A DNA stretch of 64,000 nt from Balanoglossus misakiensis (lineage: Eukaryota; Animalia; Hemichordata): positions 3,357,060-3,421,059 of the forward strand of contig CM082583.2 of assembly GCA_040954595.2 (NCBI GenBank), in the 5' to 3' direction. The notes under the pieces are model-generated. The model was not told the origin of the DNA and did not search any database. It saw nothing but the letters and a program-made list of their open reading frames with translations. Below, piece by piece: positions 40,576 through 53,900 of the stretch (position 1 is the stretch's first letter; each line of letters begins with the position of its first letter). The position numbers and the translations under genes were made by a program.

Positions 40576-43500
40576 ATGTGGCTATTTAACAAGTACAAGG
40601 CAGAATCCCACGCAGTAGAAGACAGCGACATGACCCAACGGACCTCTTCACCACAAAGGAAGATTGCGAACGTAGTTACACCGGACAACATTCCGGAATT
40701 TGTCATACCACAGTTTACTCGGCAAAGGGAAAACGACGCATGTAGTGGACATAGTGTTGATTGTGGCACGATTTGTGCAGAAGATTTCACTAGCTTACGG
40801 TCACCTCTTCGAAGTCCATCGCGTCAGCTGTCAAGATCAAATAGCCCGATGTTCTATGAAGCTAACCGTGGGTCGTCGCCGTGTTCTCCAACTCCCAGCA
40901 CTCCGTTATCGCTTAGCCCTCGAAGTCCAAACAGTCCCAAGGAATTTCACTTTGATATCAGTCCAGATAGTGACAGTAACACAGAAAGTTCGCGTCTAAC
41001 GCTGAATCAACTGCCAGTATATTCACCAACTCAAGGACGAAGTCGCGACAGTCACTTCTACTCCGATTCTTCCAGTCCGGCTGAATCGCCACTTATCTGT
41101 CGTGCGAGACGAAAACTTCCTCGCGGTGACGATTCGTCGTGTAACTCGTTTAGTGGGTCGACAGGGCCGGTGAATGATTCAATAGAAAAAGAAAATGAAT
41201 TGGTTTACACTCCTGTACGTGAACGCAAAACGTCGTCTGGTTTCTCACCATTGAATAGACTTCGCGGTTTGAAAAAGCAGAACACAACTTACTCGAGTTA
41301 TACATACCCACCGAATCCACGCGCTCTTAACTCCTTGCCCAGGGACTTTTCCAAGCGCAAATCGCCGAAGAATTTACGAAGACCGCGTAATTTATACGAA
41401 AGACGACGGTCATCTCTTGATGTTGCTCTTATTTCGGAAGTTTCGGAACATTTCTCCTCAACTGATGCTAGCTCAGTAGAACCCAGTCCTGTGGCTATGA
41501 GACGTAATAGTACAGACACCTCTCATTTGGTAGCCTGCAACCTGCGACCACGTGCACCACCACAACGTCGCAACGGTCCCCCACGCCCTGAATGGTTGAT
41601 GAGTCGACTGCAAAAACAATGCTCCGTAGATCTCGGCGAACTGAAATTCGCCCTGGAGTATTTTTGGGAGTCCAGACTGTTGAAAGTCGTCGTCATAAAA
41701 GCGGAAAGAATTGGCAATCCGAACGCACTACCGCACAACACGAATGCATACGTGAAATTGTACCTGATGCCCGGAAAGCAGCAACGTCAACACACGCACA
41801 CGGTTAAACGAACCAAGGACCCCGTTTTCAACGAAGAATTTCATTTTAACGGATTGAATGCGTCGGACTTTCGCCATCTGAAGCTTAAAATGAAAACGTT
41901 CAGCAAAAGTTCCAACATAAAACGGGACGAATTCTTGGGCGAAGTTCAGGTACTCCTTGGAGCATTAGACTTTTCTCATGAAATTCGCATGTGGAAGGAT
42001 TTACAGCCCAAGAGCGATACAGAGGTGAGCGATTTAGCTTTTATCTAATCCGTCTACAATAAACCGTAACAAAGATCAACAAACCAAACTATCTTGACAT
42101 CGAATACTCATGCAAACGAATAACTGCAGGTGTATTGTTCTATAATCAATTCCGCACTCTCCATTTGTAACGAGACTTAAATTTGACTATGGTCGGTACC
42201 TTCTATCTGTGTACAAGTTGACCAATTGTTCATTAATCTGTTCTCAAGTAGAATGCATGATACTAGAATTACCCCCCCCCCTTCATTCTCCGGGTAACAG
42301 ATCAGGCTGTTTTAACAAACGATTCATCGATTAATATCTCCCTTGTCGAAAAAACACATACGTTTAATTCCTTACATTGTCAACTCTCCTAATAGTTATG
42401 TCAAGGTATTCACACGGACGATAAATGTATTGACGTAGACGCTATCACGCCCCTGGTACAATTCCATTCAATAAATTTTATCATTTTAGCATCTTAAGTC
42501 ATATTTTATTGACTTAGCATACGGTATAAATTTCTTATTCAAAACGCTAATGCTGTGCGTAATAGAAATACGGGCAAATCATCAATTTTGATTACTAGTT
42601 TCATAGACCAGTTTTGTGTGACGACAGTCCATTGAATGCAGCACGTAATTGTCACCGTGATGGAACAAGCCGAATATCTTAGCGTTTACATCTTTGAATA
42701 GTCAATTTAACCCGTGAAAACGTTGGGAAATATTGCCACGTATGAATAACAATTGTAACATGTCATACAATACATGTTAATTTCCACATTGTCGTACCTT
42801 ACAGAGCATTTGTAGTAAGTTGCACAAATGTCTGCTAGGCCCTATATCTTCGTGAAGATAAAAACACCTACCACTCGAGGTGTACGTCACTCTGTTCTCC
42901 ATAACGGAATCATTAAAAAGTAAATGCCGCATTGTGTATTTCTTAGATAGAGCTTTCTGGTCCGTAATCCCTGATAATCTTATCCATTTGGCTTATCTGT
43001 GCGAAAATAACGTCATTATTTTAACATACGAAGTCCGGGTGACGCGCTCTTTGAGTCATGAACACGTGGCGATCTTATTTCGAGTAAGCGACTCACGTGA
43101 TTTTCTGATGCAGTAAGGTATGGAAGTGAGTTGTATTTGACGAACACACGCATAGCTGTGCAGTAAGCAATTGAACCCTGCAGCAGGTTGTAGTCCATTA
43201 GCTTTCACATTTGACATGACTTTTTTCCTATACATGCGTAATAGTAAGCCGACCCTTTACAAAAGCCTGCTAGATAACGATGACTATTTCTGTAAGAACG
43301 ACCACCAATCGCTATTACTGAAGTCAATGCAAAATATTAGCTATTAGCTTAATGTGAAAATTTACTTTTGCGGCAAACCTTAAATAAAATTTAAAAAATA
43401 CATTTATTAGCATCTATAAACACTAGCACGGAACAAATCCTACATCCAAAAGGAATACTTGGTGCTGTACGGTTTTTCATACTGTGCGAAAGTGAATTTT

Positions 43501-46197
43501 CCTCACACGAGCCCAGCATTTTCAATATAAACCAATTATCTTTGAATTTGAATCAATGCGATGTTCTTCTCGTTATACATCCGATCATTCAATTACAAAT
43601 CAAAACTTTATAAATGGCCCATACACAAAATTCACTGTAATTTTCCCGCATCTGTAATTATCGGTGTATGTGATTGTTCGAACCCCAAGAACGATGAATG
43701 TCTTCATATTTTCGGGAGTATTTCTGGGTTCAGTCGATGCAACTTGTTTTCAGACAATAGTTACTGTCCCTGGCCCATTTTCCGTACTGGACGCGCTATT
43801 TTAGACTTCTTTCAAACGTTTTACTGAAAAGCAGCACAAAACACTAAGAAATTGATCGTATTAACGGCAAACTTTCAAACCAATATCGTATTTTACGGCA
43901 AGACTTTCCGTGAACGTTTCGTCATAAAACGCGATCCGTTTACTACTTCACTCTCATTTACCGAGTGCCTTTACTATCAAAATGTCGACGTTTACGTTAC
44001 GTTCGCATGGAACCAATCTCAATATGCAGTCAGTTATAACACGCCGCCAATCTCCAAAGTCTGACTTTGCAATAAATTTCTCTCGACGTTAAATTTTACG
44101 ACGACATTAAAATCCCTTTCCATCTTGTTGAATGTTGTGGAGCTACAAGTAGCAGAGAAAAGCGTTCTTGCATATTAAGGGAACCTCATTATCTCACTCC
44201 TTTCATATTTTAGCACATTTTAAAGGTATAGCCTCACCCATGCCATTTTAAGCTCAGTCTGTTACCATGGAAAATTGAAATATGGCCAATCACAGATTTT
44301 CAGTGGGTGGCACACGCGAAAAAAGAGCGCCACGACATAGTCATTCGAAGACTATGCCACGCCCATTTGACCATATAAAGGTGTGTTCGGCGTCCCAACG
44401 GTCTTTCCAACAAAATTTTTGCATATGCATGCCATACACATAGTATGGTTCTCAGGAAAAAGGTTCTGGTTAACGTACGAATTGAAGGAATGCACACTTT
44501 TTACATTTATTTTTCCTCGGAGTCCCTAACATAATACATGAGTATTTATATACATATGTGATACAGAGTAATAAGTAAGCAAATAAATACATTCATATCC
44601 AACAATTCAGATATTACATTTTTTCAACTTGTGAAACCTTCTCATATAAATAATGCATAATTTCAGAATAAATAAAAATCTGATGCTGTATCAGGAACAG
44701 TACAAAATGTCAGCGAATTAAAAAAAAAACAGGCGCTTGAATTACGAGATCCGATACTTTTTTAAAGTTCACCATATGAAATGATTTTGCAATTTTCTGA
44801 AACAAACCACATTGTATACCCAGCGGTTATGGGTGATGTATATCTAATCTAACAGACTTTCGGGACTACGAAAAGTATGGTCACTTGATTTGTACTGTAA
44901 TGGTACCCTCGATGCAAATTGTGTTCGATTATGTCATCACATCGCACAGTTACAAACAAACTGTATTGCTTTCAGTATCATTTTCCAAGCTCAGGGGCAC
45001 ATGGATTTATAATCTGATTGTTGTGTTTTCTGCTCTGTAGGATCTGGGTATGCTGAATGTTTCAGCGTGTTATCGAGCCCGACAGAAAAATATCGTCTTA
45101 ACCATTGTCAGGGGTAAAGATCTGCCACGTAATGGAATTACTGGAGCACCTGGTAAGTCAGACAAATATTTGCAGGCTTTGCTAGTCTAGGCCAAATAAA
45201 AAATATGTGCTGTTCCGATTACCCGACCTATCCCAATTTTAGCTCTCCGACCCTATCCTTTTTAGAGCTTCGTAAACCGAAAGTAAAAATAACGATGTCA
45301 AATATGCAAAATTGATGAAAATTGCGAGAATCACGCAAGAACTATGACGTCATTCTTTTACACTACGGCGGGCAAAGATATAAAAAAATTGCAAAATAAT
45401 CTTTTCCCTATCTACCTACCCTATTTTTGAAAACCATGTAATCGGAACAGCACACATTTTATATTTGGCCCTTTGATGCCCATCATTGCAGAAAACTGGA
45501 AAATGGATGTCATTTACTTGGCACATAAAATCGAACATACATATTTATGCAACTTTGCATCATGTTGCAAGCCAAAATGGTCACTTAAGCATGAAAATAG
45601 TTTATGTCATATTGTAGAATGTCGTGACTATCGTGATTTTCTCCGATGTTTTTTTAAATCTATTCACCAAAGCAAGAAATGTGTCATTTGCAATGACACG
45701 TTAACATTTTCGTCGTATCGTTTTTTTACAAACCACCTTTCCTCATCAAGACAAGTAACGTTTTCGTTTCTTAAGTAGTACTACTCATAAATTTTATTTC
45801 AAAATAACATGCTTTTAATTTGTTTTTGTTTTTAATAGATCCGTATGTCAAAATCGAATTCTCGGTGTTGGACAAAGCGAAGGGAACGACAACGACGATA
45901 CGAAAACAGACCCGAGTACGTAAGAAGACCACAACTCCTGTCTTCAAAGAAGCATTTACGTTATCGATAGGTTGCCTTGGTAACAGCAGTGTTGAAGACA
46001 TCGACAACAGTGTCAGCATCATCATGACCGTGTACGATCGCGACAGGATACGAGCAGACGAAACTATTGGCGAAGTGCGTCTCGGCTATGAAGCAACTGA
46101 AGAAAGTGAATTGGAACACTGGCGTCAAATCTTGAACACTCCGGATCAACCTGTGCCACAATGGCACAATCTAATGGAATTGGATGAGGAAATTTAA
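40576..46197 (+). CDS. C2CD4: C2CD4-family protein with tandem C2 domains, 639 aa
   Basis: Exons 40576-42024, 45041-45152 and 45839-46197 total 1920 nt. The N-terminal MWLF...NVVTPDNIPEFVIP matches the C2CD4 motif (NVLTPDxIPxFxIP). It is followed by a Ser/Pro/Arg-rich linker, C2A (LGELKFALEY...DPVFNEEFHF) and C2B (DPYVK...TPVFKEAF...VYDRDRIRADETIG...HW...QWHNL). No transmembrane segment. Confidence 0.85.
45190..45470. mobile_element. MITE with GGCC ends (Zator/Harbinger-like)
   Basis: TIR GGCCAAATAAAAAATATGTGCTGTTCCGATTAC / GTAATCGGAACAGCACACATTTTATATTTGGCC. Confidence 0.8.
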
Positions 46198-48076
46198 ACT
46201 TTAAACAACTCCATACAGAAAGCAGAAGCGCATATGCGTCATGGACATATTCTATTTACGATGGTCTGCGTCAACGCTATACACTCTGTCAACCTTTCAT
46301 ACTACTGATTAGCATTGTTATTACAGTTTCTGACAAGTAGACAAAAGCCTACCTTTATGATTTATTAAGACACAATTATGATTTGACTTAAAGTCATTTT
46401 AAAATATGCAGAGTGCCTGTGAGGAAAATGAATGATAACACAAACAGTTTGTATTTCGAAATACTGATAATCTTTCGCATGCGTTGATTACGTCATAAAT
46501 AAATTGGACGTAACATTTGCCGACTAAAGTGCATTTATAGAGAACTTTTTCACTTAAAACGATATCATCCTATCGAACAGCGAGGTATATTTGCTTGTCA
46601 CCCACCTTCGATACATATCCACTGTTTGATGAATGTTTGCATTGGTGCTTTTATCGCAATGTGTTTTCAGTTGAAGTGGCCCTTTTATACAACAAGCCAC
46701 AAGGGGATATTTTAGTCGTCCATCTATTCGGTACCAGATGATATATAGCATGCTCACAACATATGGCTGTTGAGTTGCCATATGATTTACACTTATTATG
46801 GTAAAGATGGCAAAATGAAAGCTACTACTATTACCGTACGAGAGACACTTAATTACGTCAAGACTTCCACACGCGTTCACTTTGATAAATGACAGTTATG
46901 TTTACTTCGTGAACCGTAGCTTGTTTTAAGGTAGTGGTCTACTTAAAAAATTAGAATACTATCATTTTTCTGATTTTGTTTCAGTTAGAAGGTCTCAAAT
47001 ATTGTGTAAAATGCCGAGTCAGCACTTTTCTCGCACTCTTAATGCTATAGTTTTCCTATGGTGAACATTTCTGAACAGCCTTACCAAAAAAACAATCACG
47101 GTGACATAGTGTTTTCTTCAAATCATTTAATAATACTCTTGTTTGGCACTTTTTGTGAAAATTTCAAGAAAGTGACAATATTGAAACACTGTTTTCTCAA
47201 TAATTCTACATGTAGTGTATGGACGGTGATAATCACACACTGCATCTGGGTGGTCATCTACTTTGAAATAATGCTTTTATGATAAATGATAATCGCCACA
47301 ATCCTCCTGACGGGCCCGATGCCTTTGCATTTGAAACATGCACCGTCCCTTCTATTGGGAAAACTCACACTAAGTCTACACATGTTCTAATATTCTTTTT
47401 ATCATCCCTACTATGACGAACGTGTGTTCCCTTCGAAAGTATGGCCTGAGCATATCCATGAATCTAAAGGTTTTTTTTATTACATTGATGTGAATAAGCA
47501 ACAGCCGGGAATGTAGCTGGCCGGTGAACGTTATATTGACCGCTTTGATTTTAAAATACACGTATTATTGCCTGAATACATGGTTTATTTAGCCTATGGG
47601 CTCCTGCGCTGGGGCTCAGAAACCCATATATTCTGGCTATAATATATAATATTCAATGTGTATATTTGAACTTTTTCTGATATAATGTTTACACGAGGCG
47701 TGTACTGTTGCACATTGTCCTATCAATTTACTGTATCGATTCAAAATTTATCGAAATAGTTCATACTGACAACCCCCCGTGGTCATTGACACCGCCAATT
47801 TTAAGTAATAAACCACATTTTGTGTTGTTGAATTCGAATGTGTTCGCCCATCATATCTATCAGTTTACATGTACACACATCCACACAGATGCACACGCAC
47901 ACAGATACATTGCTGCGAGTCCGTATCCGTACGACTTCAGTGCGTTGTTTGTCTACAAGCTTGGAAGACCACCTACAAACGGGGAAGTCGTAGGGCTACG
48001 GACTCGCAGCAAACGGATACAAACAACACGCACACGAAACACACGAAGAAACAGAGCAGCAACAGTAGCCTTTCAA

Positions 48077-48388
48077 AGGGACAAAGTCTCTCTCTCACTG
48101 CCCTTTTTCCGTTAATTATGTTTGATACAACACACCGTTTATGTTATTCTACATGTGGATATATAGTGAATCAACGTTCGACCACACACAACTTCCATCC
48201 AGGTTGTAGAATATGAGAGTAAAAATCTCGCCAAAATGAATAAGTGGTAAACATCGATTATTCATTTTGGCGAGATTTTCACTCGTGTATGCAAGTGGGA
48301 TGGAAGCTGTGTGTACATTAACATTAACGGTGTCTTGTATCAGACATAATTGATGGAAAAAGGGCAGCGAGAGAGAGACTTTGTCCCT
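48077..48388. mobile_element. Almost fully palindromic TTAA-type MITE
   Basis: TCAA|AGGGACAAAGTCTCTCTCTC ... GAGAGAGAGACTTTGTCCCT|TTAA. The inner arms AAAATCTCGCCAAAATGAATAA / TTATTCATTTTGGCGAGATTTT close a loop of about 14 nt. Confidence 0.88.
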
Positions 48389-48753
48389 TTAAGGGTCAAA
48401 AGGAAACGATTCCTTCGCAAGAAAGAAGTTTCAGCCATAAATCAACATCTTACAGTGTATATATATCGCATGTTTTGAATTCCCAAAGTAAGCTCGATAG
48501 CTAAGTAGATAGATATCGAGTCGTTAAAATAAATGTCCCACAAACAAATGAGAGACACTCATTTAAAGCGTAAGTGATAACACATTTCCCATCATCTCGA
48601 ATTTCCATATGCTGATGATAACGATTGCTCACTCAAAATACCACTTTCATGAGCCCCTGTGACCTTTTACAGCCTGGCTTTTTGTTGTTATGGGTTTGCT
48701 TTTTTAGTTTAAACTCAGTAACAGTCAACTATACTGTTTATACAACTTTATAC

Positions 48754-48804
48754 TATGTATGTACGTATGTATGTATGTATGTCTGTACGTACGTACGTAC
48801 GTAC

Positions 48805-48835
<31 letters not shown>

Positions 48836-48921
48836 TGTATGTATGTATGTATGTATGTATGTATGTATGTATGTATGTATGTATGTATGTATGTATGTAT
48901 GTATGTATGTATGTATGTATG

Positions 48922-48952
<31 letters not shown>

Positions 48953-49005
48953 TGTAATGTATGTAATGTATGTAATGTATGTATGTATGTATGTATGTAT
49001 GTATG

Positions 49006-49036
<31 letters not shown>

Positions 49037-49157
49037 GTATGTATGTATGTATGTATGTATGTATGTATGTATGTATGTATGTATGTATGTATGTATGTAT
49101 GTATGTATGTATGTATGTATGTATGTATGTATGTATGTATGTATGTATGTATGTATG

Positions 49158-49187
<30 letters not shown>
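48754..49187. repeat. (TATG)n tetranucleotide microsatellite, about 430 bp
   Basis: Directly visible, with TACG variants at the 5' end and TAATG interruptions near 48950-48975. Confidence 0.99.
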
Positions 49188-49188
<1 letters not shown>

Positions 49189-50863
49189 TGACTATCATAG
49201 ATCGTACAAATTAATAATGGAAATAGTTAGAGAAATTCCTTTACTCTGACGTCTGCCCCAGATGAAATCACGAGGTGAGATCACTTGATGCATGTGATGA
49301 GGTTATGAGATGATATAACGAAACGGACTTTGACAAAAATACTGGTAAGAGTCCAAATATACCTTGAGGAAGTCGGTGGCGGGAATAGTGACTACTTTGT
49401 ATTTTTCGCATTTCCGATGCATGGGCGAGAAGCGGGAATATGTTGAATTTCCTGGAGACATGATCATTCATGCGATGAGCTTTTATAAGCCATACACAAA
49501 CACTCCTACATACGAAGTATACATATTTGGAAATCCTGAATTTCGGGGCACTCAGAAATTAACATTTCATTGCCATTATTTCCATAAGGGACATGTAAGC
49601 GGAAATTCAATCACTCTTTCGAAATTGAGTTTTGCACTTCACGAGGCAACCGTACCGTACAAACTATTATACAAGTTTTTACATCACCAATATAGCTAAA
49701 TATATGTCTCTGCTATCTCCTTTTATGCTGTTATATCCCATTCTAAACTTTTTGACACATTTTACTCGGAAGTAAATTTCACATCATAAAAGGACTGCAG
49801 AGGCTTATAGCAAGACTGATATCATATACATTTCACCCAGAATCTTGGAATTGTTTTGCAGTATTTCAAACAAAATAATTTTGAAAGGCTGTGTAAATGG
49901 CGGTCGCCTTACCCTTGTATAAACACTGACGACTAAATGTAAGCATTTACCAAGGTACTGTATGTCGTTCATTCACTGTCAACTATTTTTTATAATTTAC
50001 TAGAGATACTTGGAACATAAAATCATAGTGTAAAACATAAAAATACTTGTATCCGAAAGAATTCTGGTTAAAATAATGACCATGAAATCGGATATGAAAT
50101 GTAATTTTCTAACGTATACTTTTAGTTTGCAAATATTACCCGTCTGATATAATGTCTCTAAGGAGTTCCATTATATCAGACATTAAACTAATCAGACACG
50201 TCAGTTAGTTGTCAAGGCAACTAAAAAACTCGATACTCGAATTCGCGAGACTTTTGTGTGAACTCTTAGGTCCATAGAATACTAGTTTAGCTAGACCTGG
50301 AAACTGTGTCTCTCTCGTACACCCATGCTATGTAACAGCGTCCTAATCTCTTTTTTATGACAAATCTAAATATATTTCAATGTGTGTTCCGATATACGAC
50401 AAGCATGATATACAGAACCTTGAAACGCCTGGATATCGGCTAATATCCATTGTCATGGACATAGTTAAAAAGAGCGTCACGAACCCCGTGCTCCCATTTG
50501 GTCAGAACATACATGTATATAGATTATAGTTCGATTGATACTGCAGGCTCTTCCTTTAAATTAGTGAATATTTCTGCAAGAATATAATAGAAAAAATGGC
50601 AATCAAAATAGGGTCGTTTATAATTCGAAGTTCTCGTCAACACTTGTTTTGTCACCTTGGGTAATATTTGACGTGTCTAGCATGCCAAAGGCTGCCGTAT
50701 CCGAGAGAAATTAGCTAAGCAAAAAAAATCATTCATTTGCTCAGTAAGTTTTTTTCGTGTGCGGCGGTCTTGAGTATATTTTCTCACGAGGAGAAATATC
50801 CAACATGTTGTGTTTACCATAGGCAAAGAGTTCTCTTTTTTTCCGTGTGTAAACCTGGTACAT

Positions 50864-50952
50864 TATACACCGTCAACACGTGTTTTTAAAAGACGGTATC
50901 TGATCTGAGACGCTTCAGAACCGTCTTTAATGGTGTGTGTGCGACCCCCATA
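50864..50952. repeat. Second copy of the 15603-15689 hairpin repeat
   Basis: Shared sequence. The adjacent 50810-50860 is an inverted match to 14201-14250. Confidence 0.85.
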
Positions 50953-53900
50953 ATAGAGTCACATAGAGAGATAGATTGAAGAAAGTGACCTATAGTCAGA
51001 TATTTGATGACATCTGAAATGTGATCTCTTCTGTGATAGGCATGAACTCTAAATGAAACCCTACATGAAACGCTACATATATACTATTTGTTAGATGTAC
51101 CAGGGGGCACAGCTGACATTTTACACACAAAGAAAGACGTTACTTTTGTCTTCTTATTTATTAAAGTCGCAATTCTCCCCATTTCTGCTCCCATTTGATC
51201 AGAACATACATATATATTAATTATAATTCGATTGATACGAAAAACTCTTTCTTTAAATTACTAATATCTGCTTCCTGGTATATAATCTTCCTTTGGTGCC
51301 GATATGAATATTTTAAATCATACATTTTTGCCACCATATACACACGTGTCATATACTGTAAAACATGTTATTTTCGCGAGTTAAAATTTTCGCCCGAGAA
51401 ACGGATAACAAAGGCTTATGCAGTCACGTGTTCAGCCATTCAATAATTCTAGTGGAATTGACCAGAAGCATTAACTTGTGTGACCTTATTCCCCTTAGGA
51501 AAGAAAATACATATGACTGATTGAAACTAATGTTATGACCAAACACTTGAAAATTGCAGTGAGTATTTTACTATACCCGTGGTACACATGTAAAAGTATT
51601 TCTGCGTGCTTTGATTACTAGTATTCAGTGTGTAAACTTAACATCATTTCACGGACCATATTAAATCACAATTTTGGGTACTATTTCTAAAAACCCAAAC
51701 TGTCAAAAAGGGAGCTAAATAAAGGGTGACCTGCGTAAAAGACCAACTAAATTCGATAACTTTCCTTCTATGATTCCGATAGCTCCGTGCGATATTAAAT
51801 CGCAACTATTTGATTTTGTTCTTATACATACTTTTACATATATTAAAGTTCGTCATACCATTTTACATTGCAAAGTTCAGATCTCAAAGTTTTGAGCTTT
51901 AACATTGGCTGAAAATGATTTTTGTTTGAAATTCGCCGTCTCAGGTAAAATGATTGTCCATGTTGTGATCTCAGCTGTGTTGCATGGATACCTGTCGGCG
52001 GGCAGCCATAGTTCGTGAGAAAGCGCGACTTTTCTGCATCTTGTTTTTGAAATGAAAATTCAGGAATAAGCACGAATTGACCATAAGTCACATAACAGTC
52101 AATTCTGGAATAGTGTGTGCATGGTACACTTGGAGAGCATCACGAACGTGTAGGTTGGAGACGTCTTGCAGTTAGCCAGCTCGTGTGCATTTATTGCGTT
52201 GCCAGTGGTTTCTTTTACTGGATGAAATATAGCAGTCTAGAGAAAATGTCAGAAACGAACGCTGAGTATAAGGGTAAGGACGTTGACGGAGATTATATGC
52301 AGTAAACATTCGGAAAAGGTTCTTTAATACGAGGTTTATTCGTACAATCTCTCAAGTGTAATCTCTCAATTTTCAATCGTGTAACGATGTAACGATCTTT
52401 ACTTTGCTGCCCTGAGCCATAAAATTTAAGCTTGTCGTCAGATTTGAACGTATTACTTCATTCATGCATCGGCTTACCCTTGACCAGGCAGGTATTCAAC
52501 ACTCAACTGCCCTCGATATTAATAAATACCAAATTAATTAGGATGAAAATCCTTCATTTAAGTACCCCATTATGTACCGACGAAGAACTGAAGACGGTTA
52601 CCTGCCATTTAATTATTCACTAAAGCCTGTAAGTTAGCAATTTTATGGTCAATTAATGGTTCCCACGATGAATATGAAAAGTTAATTGGAGAAATAAAAT
52701 GGAAATGGGACTTCGGCCTACATCCATATTTTACTCTCATAGGTCACTTTGAATTGTGTCATTACTACACATACCGCTGAAAATCAATTGTAATCATTAG
52801 TAACAATCAAGCTGGGAGAGAGGCGCCCAAATCAAATGTTTGTTTTTGGTCATTTTCGAAATGTCATCTTTTCACGCGCTAAAATGTCTCTCAACTATCT
52901 GACAAACTATTCAACAGATTTTCATTTTTTTCCATCTTACTAGTAAGAGAATGGGCAGTTTATTCGACCGGTATCGGTGGACTGGCATACGTGTGCTTGA
53001 ACTTGAAGGCAGAGTTGGGAGAAGTCGCCATGTTTTGCCAGAAATCCTCATCGGGCCTTTTATGTGTTTTCGATTGGCAGGAGACCAAATTTCCTATTAT
53101 ACCAGCCTAAAATAGCGTCAAATATATCTATCATATCATAACAATCGCGATTTGCATCATCACTAAGAGAAAGCCCTTTTGTATTGTTGTGTTTATATTT
53201 GGGAATTCCTATTTTTGTACACACATAGTGGTGAACATAAATCGCACGTATTACTGAAACAAAAGTAATACAATACACACTCGGGCTGGTAGCGGAATGC
53301 AAAATCACTCAACCCTCAATTCGCCCAAAATCCAATCAGCAACCGGTGCTATTGAACTCACTTGACCATAAACAATACAGTCAAACCTGTGTTTATGGAA
53401 AGCCACAGCTGTCTTAAGTCCATTGTTACCATTATACGACGCTTATACATCATTATACAATGTGCATACATCATTATACGCTGCTTGTGCAACGTTATAC
53501 GATGTGAATACATCACTTTGCCCCCAAAACATATAATACTTTAATCAGTGGTGTGGATAAGGGCAGGTAGCAGACAAAGACAGGTTGCGTAATTTACGGA
53601 AGATCTCAGTTCTGCCGCCCACTGCATTGAGCTCCCCCTGGATTCTACACATACATACATACGTACGTACATGATATACATATACCAAATGGGAGCTAAA
53701 ATCGCTTTGATAGTGAACGCACTCTTTATTATCCACCGTGTGCTTCTTGTGAATGGGGTCCCCGAAACATTTCATCTTGAAGTTGACTGAGTCTATGTTT
53801 CATTGAATATCGAGGGTGTTTCAACCTGTAGCCTTCCTAATGAATGAGGCGAGGTGTAATTTCAAAGACTGTTTTGTTCGTGTGAGTACAGGATGAACGT

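Noticed and set aside
40576-46197. Call as a canonical synaptotagmin
   Set aside because: No N-terminal transmembrane helix; the C2CD4 signature and synteny fit better.
48625-49249. MYVC/TYIH repeat ORFs
   Set aside because: Translation artefacts of the (TATG)n microsatellite.
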